Shown: positions 52,195-61,801 of the stretch, in pieces
Layout: every line of letters starts with the position of its first letter
Position numbering within the stretch: the stretch's first letter is position 1
NCBI GenBank assembly: GCA_963744145.1
Contig: CAVUSO010000001.1
Span: forward strand, 3,328,001-3,392,000
Direction: 5' to 3'
Length of the DNA: 64,000 nucleotides
Source of the DNA: an uncultured cyanobacterium
GTDB lineage: Bacteria; Cyanobacteriota; Cyanobacteriia; Cyanobacteriales; CAWUOF01
Made by a program: the position numbers and the translations under genes
The notes under the pieces: model-generated
What the model was told of the DNA's origin: nothing
Databases searched by the model: none
The model's input: the letters and a program-made list of their open reading frames with translations, nothing else

Positions 52195-53027
52195 ACAGGA
52201 GCGATCGCGGAATTGAATACTCTAGGTCTGGCATTTAATCAAATGGCAAATCAGTTGAAAACTGCTTTTACTAGTTTAGAACAAAAAGTCCAAGCACGAA
52301 CTGCCGAACTTGCCGAAGCTAAAGAATATGCTGAAGTCGCCAATCAAGCTAAAAGCGAATTTCTAGCAAATATGAGCCATGAATTACGCATACCTCTGAA
52401 TGGGATTTTGGGTTATGCTCAAATTATGCAACGGGCAACTGATCTTAATCAACATCGTAAAGGTGTGAATGTGATTGAACAAGCTAGCAATTTGCTGTCA
52501 ACTGGTGAGCATGATGGGGAGTGCAATTCAAGTCAGTAGTAGTTTAGGAGTAGGAAATATTTTTTGGTTTGAAGTTGATTTACCACTCTCCAATAATTGG
52601 ATGAATATCGCAACTATGTCTAAACAAGGCAAAATTATTGGTTATGCTGGTGAGCGGAAGAAAATTATGATCGTCGATGATAAACTAGTTAATCGGATCG
52701 TGATTGCAGAGGTCTTAAAACCCCTAGGGTTTCTGATTGCTGAGTCGGAAAATGGGCAGGAAGGATTAAAAAAAAATGGCTCTATTTCAAGCAGATTTAA
52801 TTATTACTGATATGGCGATGTCCGAGATGAATAGTTATGAATTTGTTCGTCAGGTTCGTCCAGATTACACTCAGGATTTACCAGTGATCGTCGCTAGTGC
52901 TAGTAGCAAAAAGACTAGCAAGCATCAATAACCAATATCAAGGATTTCGCGATCGCATCTGTACTTTAGTTGCAGAATTTAATGAAAATGGGATGGTCGA
53001 ATTTCTAGCAGGGGGTCAAACAAAATA
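52195..53027 (+). pseudogene. Deleted and frameshifted paralogue of the downstream hybrid kinase
   Basis: HAMP end, [11 protein letters not shown] and REC fragments; 3' end GATCGCATCTGTACTTTAG...GGTCAAACAAAATA matches 56183-56260. Confidence 0.8.
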
Positions 53028-53188
53028 ATTAACACCTCTTCTTGGTTCTGGCAAAACTTTTTAGGAAATTTTCTCAATTGACCAAATATATATCTACCTA
53101 TTGGTGATTTACTAATTAAATAATTTAGACGCCTTTGCAAACCAATGATATTATAGAGGTATTCGGCAAAGATTAGATCAACAAAAAT

Positions 53189-56100
53189 ATGAAATTACAT
53201 CTACACTTGGTCTTGATAGTTCCGTTTGTATTACAAATCTTTGCAGCAGTAGGATTAACCGGATGGTTGTCCCTACGGAACGGACAAAAGACATTGGAAA
53301 ACCTTGTTACTGAATTGCAGAAGGAGATCGGTAATCGGATCGAACAACGTTTGAATAATTTTTTAGAAAAACCTTATATTGTTAATCAAAATATTCTCGA
53401 TGCTGTTGATCTAGGATATATTGATCTGAAAAAACCTCGCAGTGTACAGTCTTATTTTTTAAAAGAAATAAAACTCTTCTCACAAGTTAGTTATATTCAA
53501 ATTGGTAACGAGAAAAAAGAATTTTATGGGCTTGAGCGTCTAGATGATGGCAGTTTTAATGTAGAAATTTGCGATCGCAACACTAATTATAATTTATACA
53601 CCTACGCAACGGATAAGCAAGATCATCTGACTAACAAGTTATTACATATTGTTCCTAACTATAATCCTCGTCTTCGTCCGTGGTATATTGCTCCTGCGAC
53701 CCAGAAGAAATCAAGTTGGACTAATATTTATACTTATCCCAATCATTCGCGACTAGCTATTACTCTAGGAGTTCCTGTTTACAATGAAACCAAAAAATTG
53801 CTGGGAGTGATTGCTACAGATTTGGTTTTATTAGATATTAATAAATTTCTCAGTCATTTGCAACTGAGTAAGTCAGGTCAAACTTTTATTTTAGAACGCT
53901 CTGGACTATTAGTAGCTACTTCGACCCCAGAAAACCCTTTTTATTTCAGTGAAAAAGAGCAAAAATTTCAACGACTTCCAGCAATTAATAGTCACAATCA
54001 GTTAACCCAATTAGCAGCTAAATTCTTACAGCAACACTTTCAAGACTTACACCAAATTGTCAGACCAGAACAACTCAGCTTTCAAATGAATGGTGAGCAA
54101 CAATTTTTACAAATATTACCCTATCAAGATCAATTTGGCTTAAATTGGTTGATCGTGATTGTTGTACCTCAAAGTGATTTTATAGCTGAAATTAATGCTA
54201 ATATAAATACTACTATTTGGCTCTGTTTAGGGGCTTTAAGTATCGCCACAGTAATGGGAATTTATACTTCACGGTGGATTAAGCACACAATTTTACGTCT
54301 GATTGAGTCAGCTCAGGCGATCGCTGAAGGTAATTTATATCAACAGGTATCGGGAGGTGCGATCGCGGAGCTAAATACTTTAGCTAGCGTATTTAACCAG
54401 ATGGCAATTCAATTGCAAGAATCTTTTTTTACTCTCGAACAGCGAGTACAAGAACGCACTGAAGCGCTCCTCATTAGCCAAGAACGGTTACAATTAGTAA
54501 ATGAGAGTGTCAATGATGGAATTTGGGATTGGAAAATATCCTCCAATGAAGTATATTTTTCACCCCAATGGAAAAAAATGTTGGGGTATGAGGAAAATGA
54601 AATTCCTCACCAATTTTCAAGTTGGGAAAATTTACTCCATCCTGATGATTTACCAGAAGCAAAAAGATTGGTTGTAGATCATCTCGAAGGGAGAACTGAA
54701 AACTTCCATATTGAATTTCGGATGCGTCATAAAATGGGTCATTATCCCTGGATTTTGTCTCGGGCTAAAGTTGTAGTAAGAGATCCGAAAGGAAGAGCGA
54801 TCCGAATGGTCGGATCTCATACCGATATTACCGATCGCAAACAAATTGATTTAGAATTGCAACAAGCTAAGGAAACTGCGGAAATTGCTAATCAAGCAAA
54901 GAGTGAATTTTTAGCGAATATGAGCCATGAATTACGCACTCCTCTAAATGGAATTCTTGGTTATGCTCAAATTATGCAACGTACCCCTGACCTCAACCAA
55001 TGTCGTCAAGGTGTTGAAGTAATTGCTCAAGCAGGTTCTTACTTACTGACTCTCATTAATGATATTTTAGATTTGGCAAAAATTGAAGCAAGGAAAATGG
55101 AGTTATTACCAAAAGACTTACATTTTCCTTCCTTTTTAGTAGGGATATTGGAAATCGCCAAAGTCGGAGCAGAAAGCAAAGATATCGTTTTCCATTTTAT
55201 TGAACCAGTTAATCTCCCCAAGTGGGTAGTTGTAGATGAAAAACGTTTACGTCAAGTGTTACTTAACTTATTAGGCAATGCAATTAAGTTTACCAATCGC
55301 GGTAGCGTTACATTTAAAATTGAAGTCTTATCGCAAAGTGATTATAGCAGTAAAGTTCGATTTAATATCCAAGATACAGGTATTGGGATGAGCCCCGAAC
55401 AATTAGCAAAAATATTTTTGCCTTTTGAACAAGTTGGTTCTAAATCCCGTCGGTTAGAAGGTACTGGTTTAGGATTAACAATTTGTCGTCAAATAGTCAC
55501 TATGATGGGTAGTGAAATCCAAGTCAGTAGTAATTTAGGAACAGGAAGTACCTTCTGGTTTGAAATTGAATTAACTCACTCTAATCAATGGATTAATGCT
55601 GCTACTATATCGGAAAAAGGCAGAATTATTGGTTATGTTAATCCCCCAAAGAAAATTTTAATAGTTGATGATAAATCTGTCAATCGCACGCTGATAATGG
55701 AAGTATTGAAACCGCTCGGATTCTTGATTACCGAAGCGGAAAATGGACTGAAAGGGTTAAGTAAAGTTGCCAAATTTATCCCAGATTTAATTATTACAGA
55801 TATTGTCATGCCGGAAATGGATGGTTACGAATTTGTTCGTGCTATTCGTGAATCTTACGATCCAGAATTACCGATTATTGCTTCTAGTGCTAGTGTATCT
55901 TTAGCCGATAAAAGTTCAGCGATCGCATCGGGCTGTAATGATTTTATCGAAAAACCGATCGATATTGAAAAATTACTCAAAGTGATGCAAAAATATTTAA
56001 ACTTAGAATGGATCTATGCTGAACCTCAAGTTGAAATTGAATCACCATTATCAGAAATAATTTTCCCCACGCTAGCTGAGTTAACCATACTTTATCAAGC

Positions 56101-56260
56101 GATTAAGATTGGTGATATTATGACGATCGAAACAGAAGCCAAAAGACTAGCGACCATCAATTCCCAATATCAAAGATTTTGCGATCGCATCTGTACTTTA
56201 GCCGCAGAATTTGATGAACCTGGAATCGTCGAATTCCTGGGTCACGGTCAAACAAAATAG
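53189..56260 (+). CDS. Hybrid sensor kinase (Cache-HAMP-PAS-HisKA-HATPase-REC)
   Basis: YNPRLRPWY, DGIWDW..HPDD, SHELRTPL, ILIVDD motifs. Confidence 0.92.
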   Translation: MKLHLHLVLIVPFVLQIFAAVGLTGWLSLRNGQKTLENLVTELQKEIGNRIEQRLNNFLEKPYIVNQNILDAVDLGYIDLKKPRSVQSYFLKEIKLFSQVSYIQIGNEKKEFYGLERLDDGSFNVEICDRNTNYNLYTYATDKQDHLTNKLLHIVPNYNPRLRPWYIAPATQKKSSWTNIYTYPNHSRLAITLGVPVYNETKKLLGVIATDLVLLDINKFLSHLQLSKSGQTFILERSGLLVATSTPENPFYFSEKEQKFQRLPAINSHNQLTQLAAKFLQQHFQDLHQIVRPEQLSFQMNGEQQFLQILPYQDQFGLNWLIVIVVPQSDFIAEINANINTTIWLCLGALSIATVMGIYTSRWIKHTILRLIESAQAIAEGNLYQQVSGGAIAELNTLASVFNQMAIQLQESFFTLEQRVQERTEALLISQERLQLVNESVNDGIWDWKISSNEVYFSPQWKKMLGYEENEIPHQFSSWENLLHPDDLPEAKRLVVDHLEGRTENFHIEFRMRHKMGHYPWILSRAKVVVRDPKGRAIRMVGSHTDITDRKQIDLELQQAKETAEIANQAKSEFLANMSHELRTPLNGILGYAQIMQRTPDLNQCRQGVEVIAQAGSYLLTLINDILDLAKIEARKMELLPKDLHFPSFLVGILEIAKVGAESKDIVFHFIEPVNLPKWVVVDEKRLRQVLLNLLGNAIKFTNRGSVTFKIEVLSQSDYSSKVRFNIQDTGIGMSPEQLAKIFLPFEQVGSKSRRLEGTGLGLTICRQIVTMMGSEIQVSSNLGTGSTFWFEIELTHSNQWINAATISEKGRIIGYVNPPKKILIVDDKSVNRTLIMEVLKPLGFLITEAENGLKGLSKVAKFIPDLIITDIVMPEMDGYEFVRAIRESYDPELPIIASSASVSLADKSSAIASGCNDFIEKPIDIEKLLKVMQKYLNLEWIYAEPQVEIESPLSEIIFPTLAELTILYQAIKIGDIMTIETEAKRLATINSQYQRFCDRICTLAAEFDEPGIVEFLGHGQTK

Positions 56261-56367
56261 GTATGTAGTAGCGATAAGAGCGTCGCTCTCATCGAAACTA
56301 CACTGGGCTGATCTAAACCATATTAACAGCAATTTTTAGTAAGAACAAAAGAAACTTGGGAATGGGT

Positions 56368-57402
56368 CTATTCTAAGACTTCTTTAATTTTAGCTACATC
56401 CAAAGCACGACCAATCATCACTAAACTAGTTTTTCGTAATTCATCAGCTTTCCAAGGACGATCATAAAAATATTCAAAACGAGATCCCACTCCTTGCAAC
56501 ACCAAACGCATTGGTTTATGATTGACTGCAACAAACCCTTTAATGCGATAAATTTCCTGATGTTGGACTAAATTTTGCAATTTTTCTACCAGTGTCTTTG
56601 GTTCAAACGTTTGCTCGACGACAAAATGAACCGAATTAATTTCCTCATCATGATCATGTTCTTCCTCATGATCATGGTGACTAGGACGAAGGTCTAAATT
56701 ATCTTCAACTGTAGCATTAAATCCTAGTAGTAAGTCTGGATTAATCTGACCATCTTGACAAGCTACGATTTTTACACCAGGTTGTAATTGTGTTTGTAAC
56801 CATTGCTCTACTTTGGTACGGGTTTGGGAATCAACTAAGTCTACTTTAGTTAGTAGCACTAAATCAGCACATCCTAATTGATCCTCAAATAGTTCTTCGA
56901 TTGGTGTTTCGTGATCTAAACTATCATCTGCTTGTCGTTGAGCATTTAATGCGTTTAGATCGCTAACTATTCTTCCTGATGCTACTGCTTCGCAATCTAC
57001 TACGGTAACTACACCATCAACTGTAGCACCTGTGCGAATTTCTGGCCAGCGGAAAGCTTGAATTAAGGGTTTTGGTAATGCTAATCCTGATGTTTCAATT
57101 AAAATACAATCGATGCTCGATCGCTTTTTGAGAATTTCTTGCATTGTGGGCAAAAATTCTTCCTGGACGGTACAGCATAAACAACCATTAGTAAGTTCGA
57201 CGATATTATTAGCGAGTTCTTCTTCATCTTCGCAAATGTTGCAAGATCGCAACAAATCTCCATCAATCCCTATTTCACCAAATTCATTAACTAAAACTGC
57301 GATTCTGCGTCCTTGATTATTTTGCAATTGTTGTCGAATTAAGGTAGTTTTACCGGCACCGAGAAATCCGGTAATTATGGTCACTGGTATTTTAGCACTC
57401 AT
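56368..57402 (-). CDS. cobW: Cobalamin biosynthesis GTPase CobW
   Basis: GFLGAGKT, GCLCC, ETSGLALP, His-rich linker. Confidence 0.92.
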   Translation of the reverse strand: MSAKIPVTIITGFLGAGKTTLIRQQLQNNQGRRIAVLVNEFGEIGIDGDLLRSCNICEDEEELANNIVELTNGCLCCTVQEEFLPTMQEILKKRSSIDCILIETSGLALPKPLIQAFRWPEIRTGATVDGVVTVVDCEAVASGRIVSDLNALNAQRQADDSLDHETPIEELFEDQLGCADLVLLTKVDLVDSQTRTKVEQWLQTQLQPGVKIVACQDGQINPDLLLGFNATVEDNLDLRPSHHDHEEEHDHDEEINSVHFVVEQTFEPKTLVEKLQNLVQHQEIYRIKGFVAVNHKPMRLVLQGVGSRFEYFYDRPWKADELRKTSLVMIGRALDVAKIKEVLE

Positions 57403-57417
57403 AAATCTCCTGACTTT

Positions 57418-57825
57418 TTATTCTAGCGGTGGGATTTTTGCCAAAATCCCTTTCTTTAAAGGTTCTGGTCGTTCTGACCAAGGTAATAAACCATCCTGTT
57501 TACCCATGTATTGACTAGCACATTGTAATACTGCATCTGCTGTTTCTGGTAATTTTTCTGCGGTAACAGGTAAATTACCAAATAGATAAGTATATTTTCC
57601 CTGAGCAGCAAAGGAAATTGCACAAGCATGACTACAAGCACTCATACATTCTACTGCTTGAATGGGAAATTGTTCTTTTAATTCCCAGTTTTGGTGCAGT
57701 ATCGTTAATTGCTCTAATAATTGCTGACCACCACTTTTACCGATGCGTTTTCCCTCTTGCCAAACTGAAGCGCAAGTGGTACAAACGAATAAAATATGTT
57801 GCGTTGTTTTGCTCATATTTAACAT
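57418..57825 (-). CDS. DUF1636 metal-binding protein
   Basis: VCTTC, ECMSAC..AC, KYTYLFG, ARIPP-like end; adjacent to cobW. Confidence 0.85.
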   Translation of the reverse strand: MLNMSKTTQHILFVCTTCASVWQEGKRIGKSGGQQLLEQLTILHQNWELKEQFPIQAVECMSACSHACAISFAAQGKYTYLFGNLPVTAEKLPETADAVLQCASQYMGKQDGLLPWSERPEPLKKGILAKIPPLE

Positions 57826-59573
57826 AATAACTCCTCTAATTTTTGCTCATTCCAGAGGGACTGATATAAACCATGTTCTTGCAATAGTTCTGCATGACTA
57901 CCAATTTGAATAATTTCACCACGATCCATGACAAAAATTCGATCAGCAGTTGCCGCAGCTGACATTTGGTGAGAAATAAAAATAACCGTTTGGCGATCGC
58001 GTTTAAAACTCAAATTCTTCAAAATATCTGTGGCTGTCTGATTATCCACGCTTGAAAGAGCATCATCTAAAATTAAGATTGGTGCATCGATCAGTAATGC
58101 TCTTGCTAATGCTGTTCTTTGTCTTTGTCCTCCCGACAGAGTTATACCTCGTTCGCCAACGATCGTATCATATTGTTGGGGAAAGTTGATAATTTCTGTA
58201 TAAATTTGTGCTTGTTTAGCGACATTTTCTACTTCGGCTAGTTCAACTAGGGGATTACCATAACGGATGTTATTTTGGATCGTAGTGCTAAACAGAAAAC
58301 TATCTTGGGGTACATAAGCGATCGCACTTCGTAAATCTTCTAGTTGCAATTCGGTTATATCATATCCATCCAAGAATAGTTGTCCTGACTCTAACTCTAA
58401 TAAACGTGGAATTATGTTCGCTAAAGTGGTTTTTCCTGCCCCAATTGGCCCAACAATTGCAACTGTTTCTCCTGGTACAATTTCAAAGCTGATATTTTTT
58501 AATATAGGTGCTTTTGCTCCTGGATAGGTAAAAGTCAAATTATTGGCTTTTAACAGTCCTTTTACTGGTTTTGGTAATGCGATCGCATGAGGACTATTTT
58601 TAATTTTTGGCTCCACGGTCATAATTGATTCTACCCGATCAATACTTACTTCCCCTCGTTGGTAAGCAGTAATCGTAAAACCTAGTAACGCGGTGGGAAA
58701 AACTAAACGTTCTACATATAAGATGAGCGCTAAAAAGTTACCGACAGTAATCTCACCGCTCGCGATCGTTCTCCCTCCAAAAACTAGTAAGATTAAGAAA
58801 CTTGTACTTGCTAACCCGATCAAAATGGGAAATAATATAGATCGAGTTTGCGCGAGGCTAATATTAGCTTCTAATAGCTCCTGATTCATTAACCCAAAAG
58901 CACGACGTTCGTTTTCTTCTTGGGTGTAGATTTTAATCGAAGCAATACCACTAATATCTTCTTGAATCAGATCGCTTAAGTTAGATAGTTTTTCTTGGAC
59001 TTCTAGTTGTTGATTCCTTAACCGATCGCTAAATAAGTGGACTAACAGTAGCATTAATGGATAAACTGTGATCGCTAATAGGGTTAATCTCACGTTAATC
59101 CATAACATTACTGGTAAAGTCAAAGCATAAGCAAATGTTGTGTTAGCAAGACTCAGCAGTGCAAATCCTACCAAACGTCGAATATTATCAACATCGCTAG
59201 TGGCACGATTAATTAAATCTCCAGCAGTATTAGTAGCAAAATAAGATGGTTCCAGAGTTAATAGATGTTCAAAAATCCTTTGCTTTAAATCAAATTCTAC
59301 CTGTCTTCCTAGTCCAAATAATAATAATCGTGAGACAATTCTAATCACCCACATGATGCTAGCTAAGATAAAAATTAGCACCGCATAATTCAAAACTTTG
59401 TTAAAACTAAAAGTTATTTGCAGATCGTCAATAGTTTGACGAATCAGGAGCGGAATATAAACACCAAGTCCATTTACCACTAAGAGTGAGAAAATACCAA
59501 GTCCCAATTTCCATTTATGGGGACGTAGATAACCAATCAGTTTTTGGAATCGATAACTACTAGCGGTTGTCAT
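57819..59573 (-). CDS. ABC transporter permease/ATP-binding fusion (MdlA-like)
   Basis: TMD, GPIGAGKT, LSGGQRQR, LDDALSSVD. Confidence 0.92.
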   Translation of the reverse strand: MTTASSYRFQKLIGYLRPHKWKLGLGIFSLLVVNGLGVYIPLLIRQTIDDLQITFSFNKVLNYAVLIFILASIMWVIRIVSRLLLFGLGRQVEFDLKQRIFEHLLTLEPSYFATNTAGDLINRATSDVDNIRRLVGFALLSLANTTFAYALTLPVMLWINVRLTLLAITVYPLMLLLVHLFSDRLRNQQLEVQEKLSNLSDLIQEDISGIASIKIYTQEENERRAFGLMNQELLEANISLAQTRSILFPILIGLASTSFLILLVFGGRTIASGEITVGNFLALILYVERLVFPTALLGFTITAYQRGEVSIDRVESIMTVEPKIKNSPHAIALPKPVKGLLKANNLTFTYPGAKAPILKNISFEIVPGETVAIVGPIGAGKTTLANIIPRLLELESGQLFLDGYDITELQLEDLRSAIAYVPQDSFLFSTTIQNNIRYGNPLVELAEVENVAKQAQIYTEIINFPQQYDTIVGERGITLSGGQRQRTALARALLIDAPILILDDALSSVDNQTATDILKNLSFKRDRQTVIFISHQMSAAATADRIFVMDRGEIIQIGSHAELLQEHGLYQSLWNEQKLEELLC

Positions 59574-59737
59574 AGAGGGAATTGGGAATTAATAACTGAA
59601 CAGGGTATGGGCTAAGTTTCCATTATAAATTATATCATGATCAAGATTACCTAACCAAGTATGACAATAATTAGGTAAGTTTGATTTAGGCGATCGCTTA
59701 CTAAAATTAGCTTTGTGATCGGATCAATAATTCTATA

Positions 59738-60124
59738 TTACCGCTCTAAAAACTCCATTACTTCTAATATAACCTCAGCAATATCTGGTTTTTTGCAAGC
59801 AATTACTTGATCAGGAAGATGTTTATGGTGTGGAAAACTGGGCAAGTTAGGAAAATGCGGTGTGCTATCATAGCGAAAAATCAAATTATTTTGTTCGTCT
59901 TGGAAATGATATCGATAATCTATGTAGATAATCTGGTTATTTGCAAGGACTAGAATTTCACTAATTGCTAATAAATATTTAATGGCAAAGCGTATTCTCA
60001 TGCGAAAATTAGCTCTCTCTGTCGTTAAAATGACTGCATTGTATTCCTCAACGTAGGCATTATAACAGTTAAGAAAAAGTTGCTCAATTTTATCAAAATA
60101 GGCAGAGAAAACTTTAGGCGACAT
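59738..60124 (-). CDS. DUF6516/TumE-family toxin
   Basis: YRYHFQD...LIFRYD..PH...FPHHKH. Confidence 0.75.
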   Translation of the reverse strand: MSPKVFSAYFDKIEQLFLNCYNAYVEEYNAVILTTERANFRMRIRFAIKYLLAISEILVLANNQIIYIDYRYHFQDEQNNLIFRYDSTPHFPNLPSFPHHKHLPDQVIACKKPDIAEVILEVMEFLER

Positions 60125-60344
60125 TTCTGAGTTTACTCTCTAGGTATTGATGTAAAGCTAAATAATGTTGATAATTTCCTGCCCATTCAATCAACTCTTC
60201 ATCATCAGTTGTTTTCCCTTGACTATATTTAGTAAAAAACTCTTCTGAATCCATTTGATATTTTATTTCATAGATATTTAGCTGTTTGACAGTGCCAACC
60301 AGTGCATCTAATGGTGATGTGTATTCAATAATTTGCTTACGCAT
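60114..60344 (-). CDS. TumA-like antitoxin
   Basis: YE.KY.MDSEEFF..Y..G...EW motif; overlaps the toxin start. Confidence 0.7.
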   Translation of the reverse strand: MRKQIIEYTSPLDALVGTVKQLNIYEIKYQMDSEEFFTKYSQGKTTDDEELIEWAGNYQHYLALHQYLESKLRNVA

Positions 60345-60442
60345 GGTTTTATTTACTTAATTTTAACTCAAGTTGATGATTTTATCCTAATTATACTAAA
60401 TACTTGCAAAATGGCTAGAACCTAAATATTTTTAGCAAATCA

Positions 60443-60514
60443 AGCGGGCGATGGGACTCGAACCCACGACGTTTAGCTTGGGAAGCTAACATTCTACCAC
60501 TGAATTACGCCCGC
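60443..60514 (-). tRNA. tRNA-Gly(CCC)
   Basis: GCGGGCG acceptor stem, TTAGC-TTCCCAA-GCTAA, TTCGAGT. Confidence 0.96.
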
Positions 60515-60810
60515 GTCAAGTAAAATGGTTATAGTTTTTCGTAAAAACTAATTATAACACAATCCGGTTCAGTTAACCGTAGGGGCAAAGCATTTCGGCA
60601 AATCAATAATTGCCCAAACGCTTGCCCTGAGTTTACCCTGAGCCTTGCCCTGAGCGTAGTCGAAGGGGTAGCCGAAGGGCGTAGTCGAAGGGAAGAAGAA
60701 TATTACCGAAATGCTTTGCCCTCAATCTATGCAGCCAACAGATCAACTATAATACAATCCGGTTCAGTTAAGAATATTTTTGGGGATCTCGGCAGAAGAA
60801 GGGTGAAGCA

Positions 60811-61580
60811 GTTAGAGAGTCGATGGTAGGGTGTCCCCTACCATCTCTCCTTCAAAACCGTGCTTGCGACTTTCACCGCACACGGCTCCTGAGTAAAGTA
60901 ATCCTTGTCATAGATACGATATTGTGGAGTGCTCCTACGATACCGCTTGACACATTCTGGTTTACCCCTGTATCCCCACCTTCAGTTTGCACCTTGGTAT
61001 TAGGCTTATCTAGGGTGACTAAAAACTGTGCCGTTTACCTCACCCGGTGCTGTCAGCAGATCTCTGTCATTACGGCAGAGCTTTGGCTTCTGCAACCATC
61101 CCTCACACTCACAACTTCCGGTTAGCTACCTACTTGTGTGACAAGAGCTGTGAGTGCTTTACTTCGTTCCGATTACACATTGTTTGAACTTTTAGCGTGA
61201 TGCTTTCCACCGGGTTTATTGGCAGTGCTAATCAGTCAATCCGAAAATTGCTGATGCCTAATCCTTGCCTTTTGGCTTGGTCAATCAGCCATTTGACCAT
61301 CTATTATAACGATGGTTCAGACGCATCTTCACTTGCGTTACACATCAGTTCTTGCTTGACAGCTACCCCAGTTGGCTAAGAGTATTTCTGCCTTTTATCC
61401 CCGCTTTATCCTGCTGGTTGCTACCCAACACAATATGGGATATGCTTTCACTCCTGCACTTGGAGGCCCTGACTTGGGGAGGAACCCCGCACAAGGATAT
61501 GTAATCAGTTGTCAAGGTTCTGTGGAACCAGGCTAACCGTCCCTAAGTATTTCTACTCATTTAGGTTAAACGAATCGCAC
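60811..61580 (-). ncRNA. ORF-less group II intron (770 nt)
   Basis: 5' GTGCG; domain V GAGCCGTGTGCGGTGAAAGTCGCAAGCACGGTTT; domain VI; 3' AAC; EBS1/EBS2 match the 5' exon. Confidence 0.92.
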
Positions 61581-61599
61581 TTCGGGTATAATATTACTG

Positions 61600-61732
61600 C
61601 CCCCTTCGACTCTGCTCAGGGCAAGCTTCGACTCCGCCCCCTTCGACTCCGCCCTTCGACTACGCCCTTCGACTACGCTCAGGGTAAACTCAGGGTAAAC
61701 TCAGGGTAAACTCAGGGTAAACTCAGGGTAAA
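61600..61732. repeat. Short tandem repeats: about four CCCTTCGACT(C/A)CG units and five CTCAGGGTAAA units
   Basis: Read directly; inverted related array at 60625-60692. Confidence 0.8.
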
Positions 61733-61801
61733 GTTTGATCGCTCAATTGTCGCCCAAATGCTTCGCCCCTACGCTTAACTGAACCGTATTGTCTTATAGC
61801 C

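Larger units (their letters stand above)
60560..61791. mobile_element. Nested MITE/REP cluster (CAATCCGGTTCAGTTAA ends) hosting a group II intron and tandem repeats
   Basis: TIR-like ends at 60560, 60755 and 61775-61791; GTAGGGGCRAAGCAT REP arms. Confidence 0.65.

Noticed and set aside
57825..59700. Cobalamin riboswitch ahead of DUF1636-cobW
   Set aside because: There is no intergenic space (the ABC gene overlaps) and I saw no B12-box upstream of the ABC gene.
59640..60514. tRNA-Gly as an integration site for an island carrying the TA pair
   Set aside because: No integrase and no duplicated tRNA 3' end were found in the window.
60823..61709. Short + strand ORFs (60823, 61197, 61509)
   Set aside because: They are antisense to intron RNA and repeats, with no RT motifs.
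61600..61732. Possible CRISPR array
   Set aside because: Units are 11-13 bp head-to-tail with no unique spacers; these are simple tandem repeats.
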